Shown one piece after another: positions 26,062 through 40,217 of a DNA stretch of 64,000 nucleotides. The DNA is from Eledone cirrhosa. Lineage: Eukaryota. A program made the position numbers and the translations under genes. The stretch spans positions 64,046,001 to 64,110,000 of the forward strand of contig OZ024744.1 in assembly GCA_964016885.1 (NCBI GenBank), given 5' to 3'. The notes below the pieces were generated by a model. It was not told where the DNA came from. It ran no database searches and was given only the letters and a program-made list of their open reading frames with translations. Every line of letters begins with the position of its first letter. The stretch's first letter is position 1.

Positions 26062-27939
26062 ATATACATATATACACATATATAAAATGATCTCTCTTAA
26101 TTTTGCCAACAAAATAGGATATGCTTTGTTGAGGAGATTTTATAAAACTACTTTCACCAGTTGACTTTAAAGACCAGATCTACTCCAGTATTGCACAGTC
26201 TGTTTTGTGTAGAAATGTCAATCAACTGATCTTATTTTAGTCATCTCTGTTGCTTTTTAATTTTTAGATTTTAATCAGCCTTAGAGGGAGTTTTCCATTA
26301 CTAATTGCATGGACAATCTCAATAGATCAACATTTTGCCTTTTACCATATATATTTGAGACCCTACCATATTTTCATTTTATTTGTAATTCAAATTTCAG
26401 GCTTTTTTTTTTTTTTTTTTTTTCACTGTGAAATTGAGATAAGAGTAGAAATAATTTTCATTGCATCAACAAACCACAATGTTGAAAGTCTGGCTGTAGG
26501 TTACTTCACTGCCATTTTAAATTAAGAAATAATTATCTGTAAAAAATTATTAAGCTTAGTTTAATAGACAACCATTGCTGGGGCCACAGGATGGCTAGTG
26601 TGTGGGCCCCATTTACTCATTATAGTGAGTCTTGGAGAGAGCGAGAGAGACAGAGGCAGTGACAGTGGGAGTTTGGTATTTTTGTTTGGATTTGGTGTAT
26701 ATGTATATATATTCATTTACCACACCGCAGACCCGATAATAGCTATAGTTAACTCAACTTATTAAGACATCTTTTCAGTCACAAACCTGTCTTGAAACAA
26801 GTAAAAAAAATATTCTTGTTCTATACATTAACTAAACATTATTTAAAGACTTTGCCTTTCTTCCTTCCGGGGTCAATAGAATAAAGTACCAGTAATGCAT
26901 TGGGTAATTGCTGGCCTTGTGCCAAAAGTAGAAACAATTATTTAAAGACTTATATTGGACTTTCAATTAGTCTTTTCATACTGTTTTTTACATATGCCAA
27001 CATATCTTTGTGCCTGTGATAAAAGTTTTCTATTCTATATCTACGGATATAGAATCTATAAGGAATGTAAATATTTGGTAAAATAGCTCAATAGAAGAAT
27101 ATATTTTTCTAAATTTCTTGCCAATAAAAATATATTGTTACTATTAATTTACAATGAACTTATATATATTTTACTATCAAATTACATAATAGAACCATGT
27201 TTTAACCCATTACTCTATATATACTATTATATTTTTATATACCTCACATAATTATCTCACATAATATCAAATCTGTGAGATTTTGATATTATTTACTTTG
27301 AGAACAATACCTTAACATCAGTATGAGTGGCCAGTTACAGCCAGTTTGAACAGAAAGAGGTGAGAGAATTTTGGCTGGATACAGCCGGTTTAAATGTTTG
27401 TTTTTTTAATCGAACAAATAAATATTTGCATTAATTTTGTTAAAATAATGAGATATAAATTTGAAAATAAAAAATATTTAACTGATTTTTTGAAATATTA
27501 GATTTTTAAAATTAAATTTTAAGATTTTTTTTTGTTTTTTACCAAACTTTTTATACAAATAAAATTGTTAATAATTCATTATTTTGTGTATTTCTTATAA
27601 TTTTTTCTGATCATAATTTAAATGTTGCATACATTTATGATTCTGCTTTCACTTGAATATTGATCAATGTCTAATTTATTGTCTCCTTTTATTTAAGCAT
27701 TATTTTACTGATTTAGTTATATATATATCTATAAAACATAGTGACATGTGTTTATGCTGTATTTGACTATATAGAGTTAGTCTGGGATTTTTAAAAACAC
27801 TCTGAATAGAAAAAATGAGTTTTGATGTACATAGGACATGAACACACATCTTTAGTTTGCCAGACCAATGTGTTATGATTACACCAACACACCACCCATG
27901 CTTCCTTCCATTCAATTAGAAGCTATATAACCATAGCAG

Positions 27940-28133
<194 letters not shown>

Positions 28134-28175
28134 GATATTAATAAATGGAAACTATATTTATAAAACCATATTTAT

Positions 28176-28237
28176 TTCATTATACATATTTCAGGGATAC
28201 CAAATTAAATTATGGTATGCCTTCATCAGACAAAATA
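28176..28237 (-). ncRNA. Hammerhead ribozyme motif
   Basis: On the - strand: tattttgt-CTGATGA-AGG..TACCA(loop)TGGTA..CCT-GAAA-tatgta-TA-atgaaata; stem I of 8 bp including G-U pairs. Confidence 0.65.
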
Positions 28238-29094
28238 CAATATATAACAGTTTTACAAATAAGCTTTGACGTACCCTATTAAAATGCAACCATTGTTTTT
28301 GGAAGCCATCCGGATAGTGATTTGTTTATATTACTTTAATAAGTCATAGTGTTAAGGACAATTAGAAAAAGACGGAGAGAAAGAAAAAAACGTGGAGAAA
28401 TATCGGAGAGAGAGGGATGCATGGAGAAAAAAGAAAGAGATAAGTAAAGACAGGAGGAAAGGAAGAAAGAAGAAAAAAGGAAGAAATAAGAAAAACAGAG
28501 GAAAGCAACAGAGAGATATTAAGTCAACAGACAGATAGAGAAATATTATATATATAGAGAGAGGGAGATTATGAAAACTTTACGTCATGTCATATTAAAT
28601 TGAGTTAACAATTCATATGAAATGAATAATAAAAATATAAATATTAATATTCATGAATGGGACATAAATATATAATATGAGAAATTAAACATTGTTTAAT
28701 AATGACTATATGTTTAGTTTAAACCTTGAGATCAATATACCAAAATTTGGGTTTAATCTCCAAAATGTACACATTGCTAGAGAAGTCAGTATCTCAGGCA
28801 AAGACACACAAATATATATATATATACACGCACGTCCTGAAAATAGAAATTATATTTACTCAAGTCAACAATATAGACATATAAAACGCAGATGATTTCT
28901 CTTAATCACTGCTATACATTCCTTGTGTTATAAAAAGTTCACAGTATATATACATAAATATATACGATTAACATTCATGTCTTCATATATATGATTACCA
29001 TTCATGCATTTAACATTTTGTTAAAATTATGCATATCTGCAATCCAAACTGCGTGGTTATGGATCATAACTCTTACCCACACATATACATATAC

Positions 29095-30440
29095 ACCTAT
29101 ATCATCCCAGGTCATCTTGGGTCTCCCCACTATGCGGTTTTCATTGACTTCTAGTGCTCTGCACCTGTTTATGCAGCTGTCATCCTTCATACGCATCACA
29201 TGTCCATACCAACGCATCCGCCTCTCCTGCACACAGCATTTGATTCCTCTTATGCTCAGTCTCTCTCTCAATTCCTTTATGCTTTGTCGTTCATGTATAT
29301 TACTGTTACACATCCATCGGAGCATGCAGGCTTCATTTCTCTCCAATCTACGCAAGTCTTCCACCTTCAGCGCCCAGGTCTCACTACCATGCAACATTGC
29401 TGTTCGGATACACGCATCATACAGTCTGCCTTTCATTTTGAGGGAGAAGCCTTCTGCAGCTAGCAGTGGTAGTAGTTCCCTGAACTTCTTCCATCCCGTT
29501 CTTACCCTAGTTATTGTACTTTCTGAACACCCACCTCCGCTGCTAATTCGGTCACCTAGGTAGCAGAAGCTGTCGTTTGTCTCTACAGAGCCCTCCCAAA
29601 GATTGGTGGTACTTGTTTGCTGTGGCTGTTTGCTGCTTGCTGTCCCAGTACAGCTACTGCATGTGAAGCCTATATTCTTAATTAAGCTTCCTGAGATCCT
29701 GCTACATCTCTTGTGTACCCATTGTTTGCATTTGGGGCAGAGAATGGAGTTCCTACCTACACCTTTCCTACATACTGAGCAAGGCCATTTCCCTGAGGGG
29801 ATCTGGGTTCTGTTTTCTCGTCTACTTACAAGGACCTTAGTTTTTGTCATGTTGACTTTGGGACCCTTTCTTTCTAGTCCCTGCTTCCAAGTTTGGAATT
29901 TCTTCTCTAGTTCTACCATAGATTCAGCTATAAGTGTGAGGTCATCAGCATACAGGAGTTCCCATGGGCATCCGGTCTTAAATTCCTCCGTTATTGCCTG
30001 CAGGACTATGATGAACAGGGGAGGGCTAAGAACAGAGCCCTGGTGGACACCAACCTGTACGCTAAATTCCTCGCTATACTCATTGCTAATCCTAACTTTG
30101 CTGACTGCTCCCCTATAGATGGCTTGTACAGCTTTCACAAGCCATTCATCTACTCCTAGTTTTCTAAGAGCCCACCAGATTACAGCACGTGGAACTCTGT
30201 CAAAAGCTTTCTCGAGATCGACGAATGCCAGGTAGAGTGGCTTACTTTTAGCTAGGTACTTTTCCTGTAACTGCCTCACAAGGAAGAGGGCATCAGTGGT
30301 GCCTCTTCCTGGTACAAACCCAAATTGCATCTCATCTAGTTTCACCCAGTCCCTAATCAACTGTGCTATAACTCTTTCTGTTACTTTCATGACCTGGTCC
30401 ATCAGCATTATACCTCTATAGGTTCCTCTATCGAGTGCAT
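29095..30440 (-). mobile_element. RTE-clade LINE RT fragment with intact frame and an embedded C4HC3 zinc finger
   Basis: 468-aa ORF: QFGFVPGRGTTD, DLEKAFDRVP, GVHQGSVLSP, LLYADDL, CSVC..CPKC..HKRC..CSSC, YLGD, LHGSETW, GRPKMTW. Confidence 0.95.
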
Positions 30441-30446
30441 CATATA

Positions 30447-30522
<76 letters not shown>

Positions 30523-32713
30523 GGGAGAGACAAAGAAGGCCTTGTTTAGAAACAGCTAGCGAATTTAAAAATTAGCTAGTAACATGTGCTTATGCCGTAT
30601 TTGACTATATAGAATTAGTAGGTATATATATATGTATATAAATACTCATCCTTTTTTCCATTCAGAGGGTTTTTTAAATCTCAACTAACAGACTAATTCT
30701 CTTCCAATTTTCCAAATATATCTTTAGCGGTTAAGTTATATTATAGTTAGTAGCGCCACGAGTAATTAGTTTGGCAGAAAGATGTGGTAAGAACATCAAC
30801 AATGACTTTGTCTTGTTTTACATTATTTATTAACAAGGTTGAGCTGTGTAGAGCTGAGTAGAGCAGGCATGACAAGAGTAATAAAACAAACGAATTAAGA
30901 ATTTCAGAAGGCACGGTCTACTGGCTGAAGTGTTGCCAGGGCGTGGTTAAGTTGTTGTGTTACATGAAAGACGACAGCTGTATAACAAAGTGCAGGGCAA
31001 TAAAGATAGACGGTAGCCACGGAGTAGACAGACCCAGAAAAACATGGGACGAGCTGATAAATTCCGACCTCACACGCTTACACCTCTCCAAGACAATGTC
31101 ACTGGACCGAGACTTTTGGCGGTACTCAGTAATAGAGAAGACCCGCCTTACCTAAATACAAAGTAAAAACCTACTACAGTCAGTAGGCATCTCTATCAAA
31201 ACACACCCCCGTCCCACCACCTCCACCCCATCCACACCGCCCCTTTCAATGTAAAGTTATGTTGGTCCCACAACATCCAGGCCGAAACAAATGAGATCGT
31301 GTAGGTGTCACGACAAAAAAACACACAGTCCACGCTGTAAATGTGGCCGTGTAGGCAACACGGTAAAAACCTCCCAGCCCCACACTGTAAATGTGGTTGG
31401 TGTTAGGAAGGGCATCCAGCTGTAGAAAACCCGCCAGACAGTCCACGCTGTAATGTGGCCATGTAGGCAACACGGTAAAAACCTCCCAGCCCCACACTGT
31501 AAATGTGGTTGGTGTTAGGAAGGGCATCCAACTGTAGAAAACCCGCCAGACAGTCCTATGCGAGCAAGACAACCACTCTTGCCTCAAGTGGGAAAACCCC
31601 CGTCCAAACCCATACAAGCGTGGAACACGGACGCTAAACCTGATGATGATGATGATGATGTTACATGTTGGCTAGTGATTTCACAGTGAAAGAAAGTTAG
31701 TTGTTTACCTTTTCACAGTCAGGATGCAAGAGACAGATTTCTCAAATCAACGCGGGAATTTTTCCCTCAGGGCGCGTAGAGATACATTCTCCTCCGCTGG
31801 CGGTCATTGGCTGGGCTGAGCCAAATAACGCACAGAGAATGTATGTGAGCCCACGGAATGTAGGTCACTACAATACCCCCTCCTAGTCATAAGACGATAC
31901 AGATTATTGAATCAGTAGGGAAAAATGCTGAAAGAGCACATCAGTGAAAAAATAATTGAACAGAAGGATGCATGCAAGAAAAAAAATGAGGCGCTAAGGG
32001 CCATGTTGAGCCGCTGTGTCAAATGACTAGCTGATTTGTAGTTTATACATGACCACCAAGGGTCTAACAGAAAACGGATAAAGTCTGACATGGGCGAAGT
32101 TGCTGTTCTCGCATTAAATGTTAATGGTAAGTGCTGTACCAGTAGCTGTGGGTGAAGCTGTTATGGTAGTTTACCAGTGCTGGCAAGAAGATGATGGGTA
32201 GGCGAGAAAATGTCGGCCGCCCAGATGTATTGCCGAAAGTGCTAGGCAGCCAGGAAAAAATGGCTGATTGCTTTGAAAAGAAAAAAGCAAGTTGAATCTG
32301 TAGGTGGGTAGTAGTTGAAATATAAATTCCATAACTCTGGCGAATCCATAGAAATGGTGGAAATGCTGACAGGTCCAGTTCCATTTGCTGTTTTCCCAGT
32401 GAGTCGGGTAAAGTAACAAGATGGAGGTTGAGTGTGCAACGATATGCGAAACTGTTTGAATCCAGCTGCAATTAGCATTCTCGTGTTGCGGTGCAGGTGA
32501 ATTAAGTGCATGGTTGAGATCAGCTCTAGCAAGCTCTACCCAGCTTTTTTTTTTAGTCTTCCTCTTTTGTGGTTACCTTCCACTGGTGTCTCCTGGCACT
32601 TCTTTGCCAAACAAACATCATCCTTAAGCATTATACCAGCATGGTTTTCTCATTGCACACTATATCTGATTCCTCTCATGCTTTTTTTTTGTCTCAGTTC
32701 ATCCACCCCATCA

Positions 32714-35700
32714 TGGTACCAGCACTACCACTTTACAGAGTTGACTCGGTGATTTTTGTTGTCATCAGCACTTTATAAGTTTGACTGTATGCTTATTGTT
32801 GAGGCACCAGCACTACCACTTTACAGAGTGAACTGAATGTATTTTACTGTGGCACCTACACTACAACTTTACAGAGTGGAGTGGATGTATTTTACTGTGC
32901 CACTATCACTACCACTTTACAGAGTGGACTGAATGTATTTTACTGTGGCACTATCACTACCACTTTACAGAGTGGACTGAATGTATTTTACTGTGGCACT
33001 ATCACTACCACTTTACAGAGTGGAGTGGATGTATTTTACTGTGCCACTACCATTACCACTTTACAGAGTGGAGTGGATGTATTTATTGTAGCACCATAAC
33101 TACCACTTTACAGAGTGGAGTGGATGTATTTATTGTAGCACCATAACTACCACTTTCCAGAGTAGAGTGGATGTATTTTATTGTGGCACCATAACTACCA
33201 CTTTCCAGAGTAGAGTGGATGTATTTTATTGTGGCACCAACACTACCACTTTCCAGAGTAGAGTGGATGTATTTTACTGTGGCACCAACACTACCACTTT
33301 ACAGAGTGGAGTGGATGTATTTTACTGTGGCACCAACACTACCACTTTCCAGAGTAGAGTGGATGTATTTTACTGTGGCACCAACACTACCACTTTACAG
33401 AGTGGAGTGGATGTATTTTATTGTGGCACCAACACTACCACTTTACAGAGTGGAGTGGATGTATTTTACTGTGGCACCAACACTACCACTTTACAGAGTG
33501 GAGTGGATGTATTTTACTGTGGCACCAACACTACCACTTTACAGAGTGGAGTGGATGTATTTTACTGTGGCACCAACACTACCACTTTACAGAGTGGAGT
33601 GGATGTATTTTACTGTGGCACCAACACTACCACTTTACAGAGTGGAGTGGATGTATTTTACTGTGGCACCAACACTACCACTTTACAGAGTAGAGTGGAT
33701 GTATTTTACTGTGGCACTATCACTACCACTTTACAGAGTGGAGTGGATGTATTTTACTGTGCCACTACCATTACCACTTTACAGAGTGGAGTGGATGTAT
33801 TTATTGTAGCACCATAACTACCACTTTACAGAGTGGAGTGGATGTATTTATTGTAGCACCATAACTACCACTTTCCAGAGTAGAGTGGATGTATTTTATT
33901 GTGGCACCATAACTACCACTTTCCAGAGTAGAGTGGATGTATTTTATTGTGGCACCAACACTACCACTTTCCAGAGTAGAGTGGATGTATTTTACTGTGG
34001 CACCAACACTACCACTTTACAGAGTGGAGTGGATGTATTTTACTGTGGCACCAACACTACCACTTTCCAGAGTAGAGTGGATGTATTTTACTGTGGCACC
34101 AACACTACCACTTTACAGAGTGGAGTGGATGTATTTTATTGTGGCACCAACACTACCACTTTACAGAGTGGAGTGGATGTATTTTACTGTGGCACCAACA
34201 CTACCACTTTACAGAGTGGAGTGGATGTATTTTACTGTGGCACCAACACTACCACTTTACAGAGTGGAGTGGATGTATTTTACTGTGGCACCAACACTAC
34301 CACTTTACAGAGTGGAGTGGATGTATTTTACTGTGGCACCAACACTACCACTTTACAGAGTAGAGTGGATGTATTTTACTGTGGCACCAACACTACCACT
34401 TTACAGAGTGGAGTGGATGTATTTTATTGTGGCACCAACACTACCACTTTACAGAGTGGAGTGGATGTATTTTACTGTGGCACCAACACTACCACTTTAC
34501 AGAGTGGAGTGGATGTATTTTACTGTGGCACCAACACTACCACTTTACAGAGTGGAGTGGATGTATTTTACTGTGGCACCAACACTACCACTTTACAGAG
34601 TGGAGTGGATGTATTTTACTGTGGCACCAACACTACCACTTTACAGAGTAGAGTGGATGTATTTTACTGTGGCACTATCACTACCACTTTACAGAGTGGA
34701 GTGGATGTATTTTACTGTGCCACTACCATTACCACTTTACAGAGTGGAGTGGATGTATTTATTGTAGCACCATAACTACCACTTTACAGAGTGGAGTGGA
34801 TGTATTTATTGTAGCACCATAACTACCACTTTCCAGAGTAGAGTGGATGTATTTTATTGTGGCACCATAACTACCACTTTCCAGAGTAGAGTGGATGTAT
34901 TTTATTGTGGCACCAACACTACCACTTTCCAGAGTAGAGTGGATGTATTTTACTGTGGCACCAACACTACCACTTTACAGAGTGGAGTGGATGTATTTTA
35001 CTGTGGCACCAACACTACCACTTTCCAGAGTAGAGTGGATGTATTTTACTGTGGCACCAACACTACCACTTTACAGAGTGGAGTGGATGTATTTTATTGT
35101 GGCACCAACACTACCACTTTACAGAGTGGAGTGGATGTATTTTACTGTGGCACCAACACTACCACTTTACAGAGTGGAGTGGATGTATTTTATTGTGGCA
35201 CCAACACTACCACTTTACAGAGTGGAGTGGATGTATTTTACTGTGGCACCAACACTACCACTTTACAGAGTGGAGTGGATGTATTTTACTGTGGCACCAA
35301 CACTACCACTTTACAGAGTGGAGTGGATGTATTTTACTGTGGCACCAACACTACCACTTTACAGAGTGGAGTGGATGTATTTTACTGTGGCACCAACACT
35401 ACCACTTTACAGAGTGGAGTGGATGTATTTTACTGTGGCACCAACACTACCACTTTACAGAGTAGAGTGGATGTATTTTACTGTGGCACCAACACTACTA
35501 CTTTACAGAGTGGAGTGGATGTATTTTACTGTGGCAATATCACTACCACTACCACTTTACAGAGTGGAGTGGATGTATTTTATTGTGGCACCAACACTAC
35601 CACTTTACAGAGTGGAGTGGATGTATTTTATTGTGGCACCAACACTACCACTTTACAGAGTGGAGTGGATGTATTTTATTGTGGCACCAACACTACCACT

Positions 35701-36490
35701 TTACAGAGTAGAGTGGATGTATTTTACTGTGGTACCAACACTACTACTTTATCACAACACTGATATCAAGAAGTCCTCTTGTGAACGTGACCTGGGCATT
35801 ACTGTCAGCAGCGATTTGCATTGGACAAAGCACATCTCTAAAATTGTCAAGAAGGCTGAGGGTGTCTTGGCATCACTCAGCAAGACCTTTGTTAGCCGCT
35901 CTCCAGCCATCTATAAAAGTGGATGTATTTTACTGTGGCATCAACACTACCACTTTACAGAGTGGAGTGGACGTATTTTACTGTGCCACTACCACTACTA
36001 CTTTATAGAGTGGACTGGATGTATTTTACTGTGGCACCATCACTACCACTTTACAGAGTGGACTGGATGTATTTTATTGTGGCACCAACACTACTACTTT
36101 ACACAGAGTGGATTCGATGTATTTTACTGTGGCACCATAACTATTACTTTACAGAGTGGGCTGTGTGCAGTTTACTGTGGCACTATCACTACCACTTTAC
36201 AGAGTAGTCTGTGTGCAGTTTAAGTGTGGCACCATAATTACCACTTTACAGAGTGGACTGGATGCATTTTACTGTGGCACCATCACTACTACTTTACAGA
36301 GTGGAGTGGATGTATTTTACTGTGGTACCACTATTTTACAGTGGTACCATCACTACTACTTTAAAGAGTGGACTGTGTGCAGTTTATTGTGGCAAAAGCA
36401 CTATCACCTTACAGTGTGAACTGAGTGATTTTTGCCATGGCACCAGCACTACCACCTTGCAGGGTAAACTGGGTGCTTTTATTTGTGACA
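32714..36490. repeat. 48-bp tandem satellite (gtggcaccaacactaccactttacagagtggagtggatgtattttact) with higher-order repeats
   Basis: Contiguous 48-bp units, homogeneous centre and degenerate edges; variant blocks recur at 718 and 958 bp spacing. Confidence 0.97.
35751..35917 (+). mobile_element. CR1/L2-type LINE RT fragment inside the satellite
   Basis: Translates IKKSSCERDLGITVSSDLHWTKHISKIVKKAEGVL..LSKTF, the ERDLG...W..H motif of CR1-group RT. Confidence 0.8.
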
Positions 36491-38473
36491 CCAGAATAGA
36501 TCATACGATTGTATGTACAAAATATAAGATGAAACAATAGATTCAGTTTTTTTAAAATGTTTATTTGATATACAGTCAGCAATAAGTTACATTTAGTTTT
36601 TTTAATCAGCAAAAATAAGACCTGGATACCTGAGAGTCTGATTTGATATTAATTATTTTTCAAGATTTCTTTCAATAAATTAAATTTAAGAGTGAGAAAT
36701 ATAATTTCCTTATTTATAACAGACACGAAGGTTAATATGGTTTGTGACATTCATCCCTTTCCAATGGGCACTAGTGTTGAATGTAATAGTTCGACCTAAA
36801 AAAACCTATACAAATCACTGAGAGTTTACATTTAAGATATGGCACAATTCTCACATTAGAAGAATATTTTCTTATTTTCATTTAAATTTAGTTTGTTTTG
36901 TTTTGTTACAAGATGTTTAACCTCAGGTCAGACTGATTGAATCAACCTAGGTATTACAGCTGTGATCATCATCACATCTCTTTAGAAAGTAGAGAGTGAT
37001 TTAATGTGATTAAACAGTTGAGTGTGGTTGGGATTTGGCTGTTATTTTTAGCTCCTACATTGGCTCATTGTCACATAATTTTAGTGAATTAGTATTTTGA
37101 TAAGAAAGACAAAACTAAAGAAAAACCCTATCTTGGTTGCTATCATCATTATCATCTATATTTGTTACAATCTATCATTAACTCTTAACATCCTGTAATG
37201 ATTTAGTACAAAATATCTAAAAACAGGTTTGTTAATTCAAATGTTTATAGTATCTCCACTAGTGAACAGATTTTTGTGAATATTTACAGAAACAAAAGTA
37301 AAGACTTTGATGCAATCATAGTGCTATTTTAAACTTATTAAAAATGTTTTGCTAATACAGTTTCATGTGGTACAGGACATTAAGAATGAAATAAATAGTA
37401 AATGACAAAAGGAGACCAATGTTCTTCAAGTAAAGGAGAACATTTCCAAGATTTCTTTCTTGAAATCAGTGTTCAAAATCTTATGCCTAGGACACAGGAT
37501 ATTTTCCTTTATTTTCTTAACTGTCACCATCACTATCACATCTTTACTAAATTGATCAGTAGACCTTTTATTAAAACAAACTAAAAAAGAATTGTATAGA
37601 AAGAGATTATGACTTATTAAGGTTCTACATCTCAGTCTTAGAAATGAATTGTAAAGTTATGTTCCAAATGTAACTCAGCGCCATTTGTTGTTTCACCTAC
37701 CAACTAAAATCAAAAGCATTGTCTTGAAGTCTAAATTCAAGACATATACTAACCAAAGTATATTTTGGTAGCAATAAGGCACAAAATATTGATAGGAAAC
37801 CTTTGTCAAATGTATATTTTTCAAATCTATAATATATTTGTTCAGCTCTGGAGAAGTTTGTAGCAGCAGAATTAGAAAATATTAATTAAATTAATTAAAT
37901 CAGATTTAATCCTTCCATCATTATATTTATAACATAAATACACTGCCTGTGTATTTCAATATAATTTTCAAAATAAAAATGATATGGGTCTGTTTGATAA
38001 AATAACTAACTTGTTTATTTAATGATTTAAATATAACTTCAAAAATGTTTCTTATATATATATATATATATAAAACTACAATGAATATTTGTCTAATGAA
38101 ATGCTATAATATTCATGTAACAACGAGATTTCAGTTGAGATTTTAACTTAAACAAGGTACTATGGCCGGTTTCAGGCAGGTTTCAGAATGAGACCAAGGA
38201 TGGTCTTGTGTGAATATCAAAATGGTTAAACAGGAATTTAAAAAAAAAGGAGAAAACTGGTATAATTTGAGTAACTATTAAAAATTACTATTATGTGTAT
38301 AATTCAAAATAATAAAAATATTAAAAGCTTGCATTAGATAAAAATATGTGAAATGATAAATATGTAGTAGTAAATTAAAATAAAATAACATGCTTCAGAA
38401 GAAGGTTAATGGAAAATAACTGGTTTAAAAGAAACAATAATGAAAACACATTTTATTCCTTATTTTACTTAAA

Positions 38474-38538
<65 letters not shown>

Positions 38539-38633
38539 CAAAAGGGATGTTTAATTTGTTGGTAATTCAACAAATATATATATTTATAACTGATTCAAAG
38601 CACTCTACAAGTTTTCTGGAGTATAATATCAAT

Positions 38634-38875
38634 GATATTAATAAATGGAAACTATATTTATAAAACCATATTTATTCTATTATATATATTTCAAGGGTAC
38701 CAAAACTTTGGTATGTTCTCATCCAGGAAAAACTTGAACTGTTAAGATCTCCTTCCTGGATATATCAATATTTATAAAACAAACTTTGTATTTTTATCTG
38801 ATGAGAGCGTACCCTTGAAATATATATAATAGTATATATATGGTTTTATAAATCTAGTTTCCATTTATTATATTA
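38634..38875. repeat. Inverted repeat carrying a hammerhead motif (same family as 28135-28237)
   Basis: Arms aataaatggaaactatatttataaaaccata / tatggttttataaatctagtttccatttatt; CTGATGA-gag..ctt-GAAA-tatata-TA at 38798-38828. Confidence 0.75.
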
Positions 38876-38876
38876 C

Positions 38877-38929
<53 letters not shown>

Positions 38930-39170
38930 AAATAGAGGATTGGGTTTTTTTTTAGAGTCTAACAGACAAAAAAGTTTATCTGAACTACCAACTTGAGACA
39001 TCATAGCACAAAGGCTCCAGATCAAAATTAACAAATAACTTTCGGGAAGCTTGTGTAAACGCTAATACACACACACACATTATATATATATATAATCATA
39101 TGAATGCATATGTATATATATATATATTATATATATATATATATATACACACACATATATATATACGTAC

Positions 39171-39221
<51 letters not shown>

Positions 39222-39946
39222 CATGTGTGTGTGTGTGTGTGTGTGCAAGAAATGGGGTGTTCAAATGAAAAAAATAAAACTTAATACATATATTAGTTTG
39301 TTAATTTATTTTGAAGTTGAAGACTCAGCATTGAATAAATGATTGCGTATGCATGTCTAGTTTTAAACTTTTCAACTAAATTAGATGAAGCAGCATTTAT
39401 ATGTTCCTAAAGATAAATTAAGTTTAAAACTGGCAATATATTTAATTTGATGACATTTTTACAATTTTTTGTTTTTATAACAATATTTTATATTTAGTTT
39501 AAATATAAGATTTTTAAGATTTAAACAAAACCATAAAAAATATTTAATATGAGGGTTAAATCAGTCAGAATTATTAAATTAGTGAAATTTACTCTGGCTC
39601 AAAAAGATCTTTTGGGGATTGTTGTGCTGTAGTTAGCAACATTTAATATCAGTTTATATACATAGATATCAACATAAAATCTATAAAATAATATCTATAA
39701 TATCTATAAAATCTTTTTCTAGTTGTAAATATATATATTCTCAAAAGCAATAATTTGTATAAGAGTGTAGATAAAACATATAAGGATATATATATATAAT
39801 TTATTTCAGTATTTCAGATGTAGATTATCGTATATCAAGTCATGTATGAAAATATTTAATTAATTGAAAAAAAAAAATGAATCCCTCCAGAAAATTTATA
39901 CTCCTACCAGAATAATTTCTAAAATATGTATATGACAAAGTATTAT

Positions 39947-40099
39947 TTAACTAGAATGGCGCATCTTTTCCAAGATAGGGATAATCATATCAAACTTTGG
40001 GCGGCGGCCTGGTTCTTCATTCATGCAAATCTTCAGGAGTTGACTCATGTGTGAAGATATTCCTGGTGGAATTTTGATTCTTAAATCTTCCAGTGTAAT
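39947..40099 (-). CDS. ILK: ILK last coding exon ([18 protein letters not shown]...[18 protein letters not shown])
   Basis: ctcag acceptor; matches the human C-terminus IPPGISPH...KRPKFDMIVPILEKM; TAA stop. Confidence 0.96.
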   Translation of the reverse strand: MTLEDLRIKIPPGISSHMSQLLKICMNEEPGRRPKFDMIIPILEKMRHSS

Positions 40100-40217
40100 C
40101 TGAGAATACAAACAAGAAAAACATTAAATTACGATTGAAAAGGAAGAATGGTTAGTTCGTTGTAAACTCCTCATGTCCTGTATATAAACAAACTATATGT
40201 TTGAAGAGTATCTAAAC

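Noticed and set aside
32714-36490. CRISPR array or repetitive protein gene (long ORFs of VDVFYCGTNTTTLQSG)
   Set aside because: Units are contiguous with no unique spacers and no cas genes, in a eukaryotic context. Overlapping ORFs in all three frames arise because the 48-bp unit is a multiple of 3 and lacks stops.
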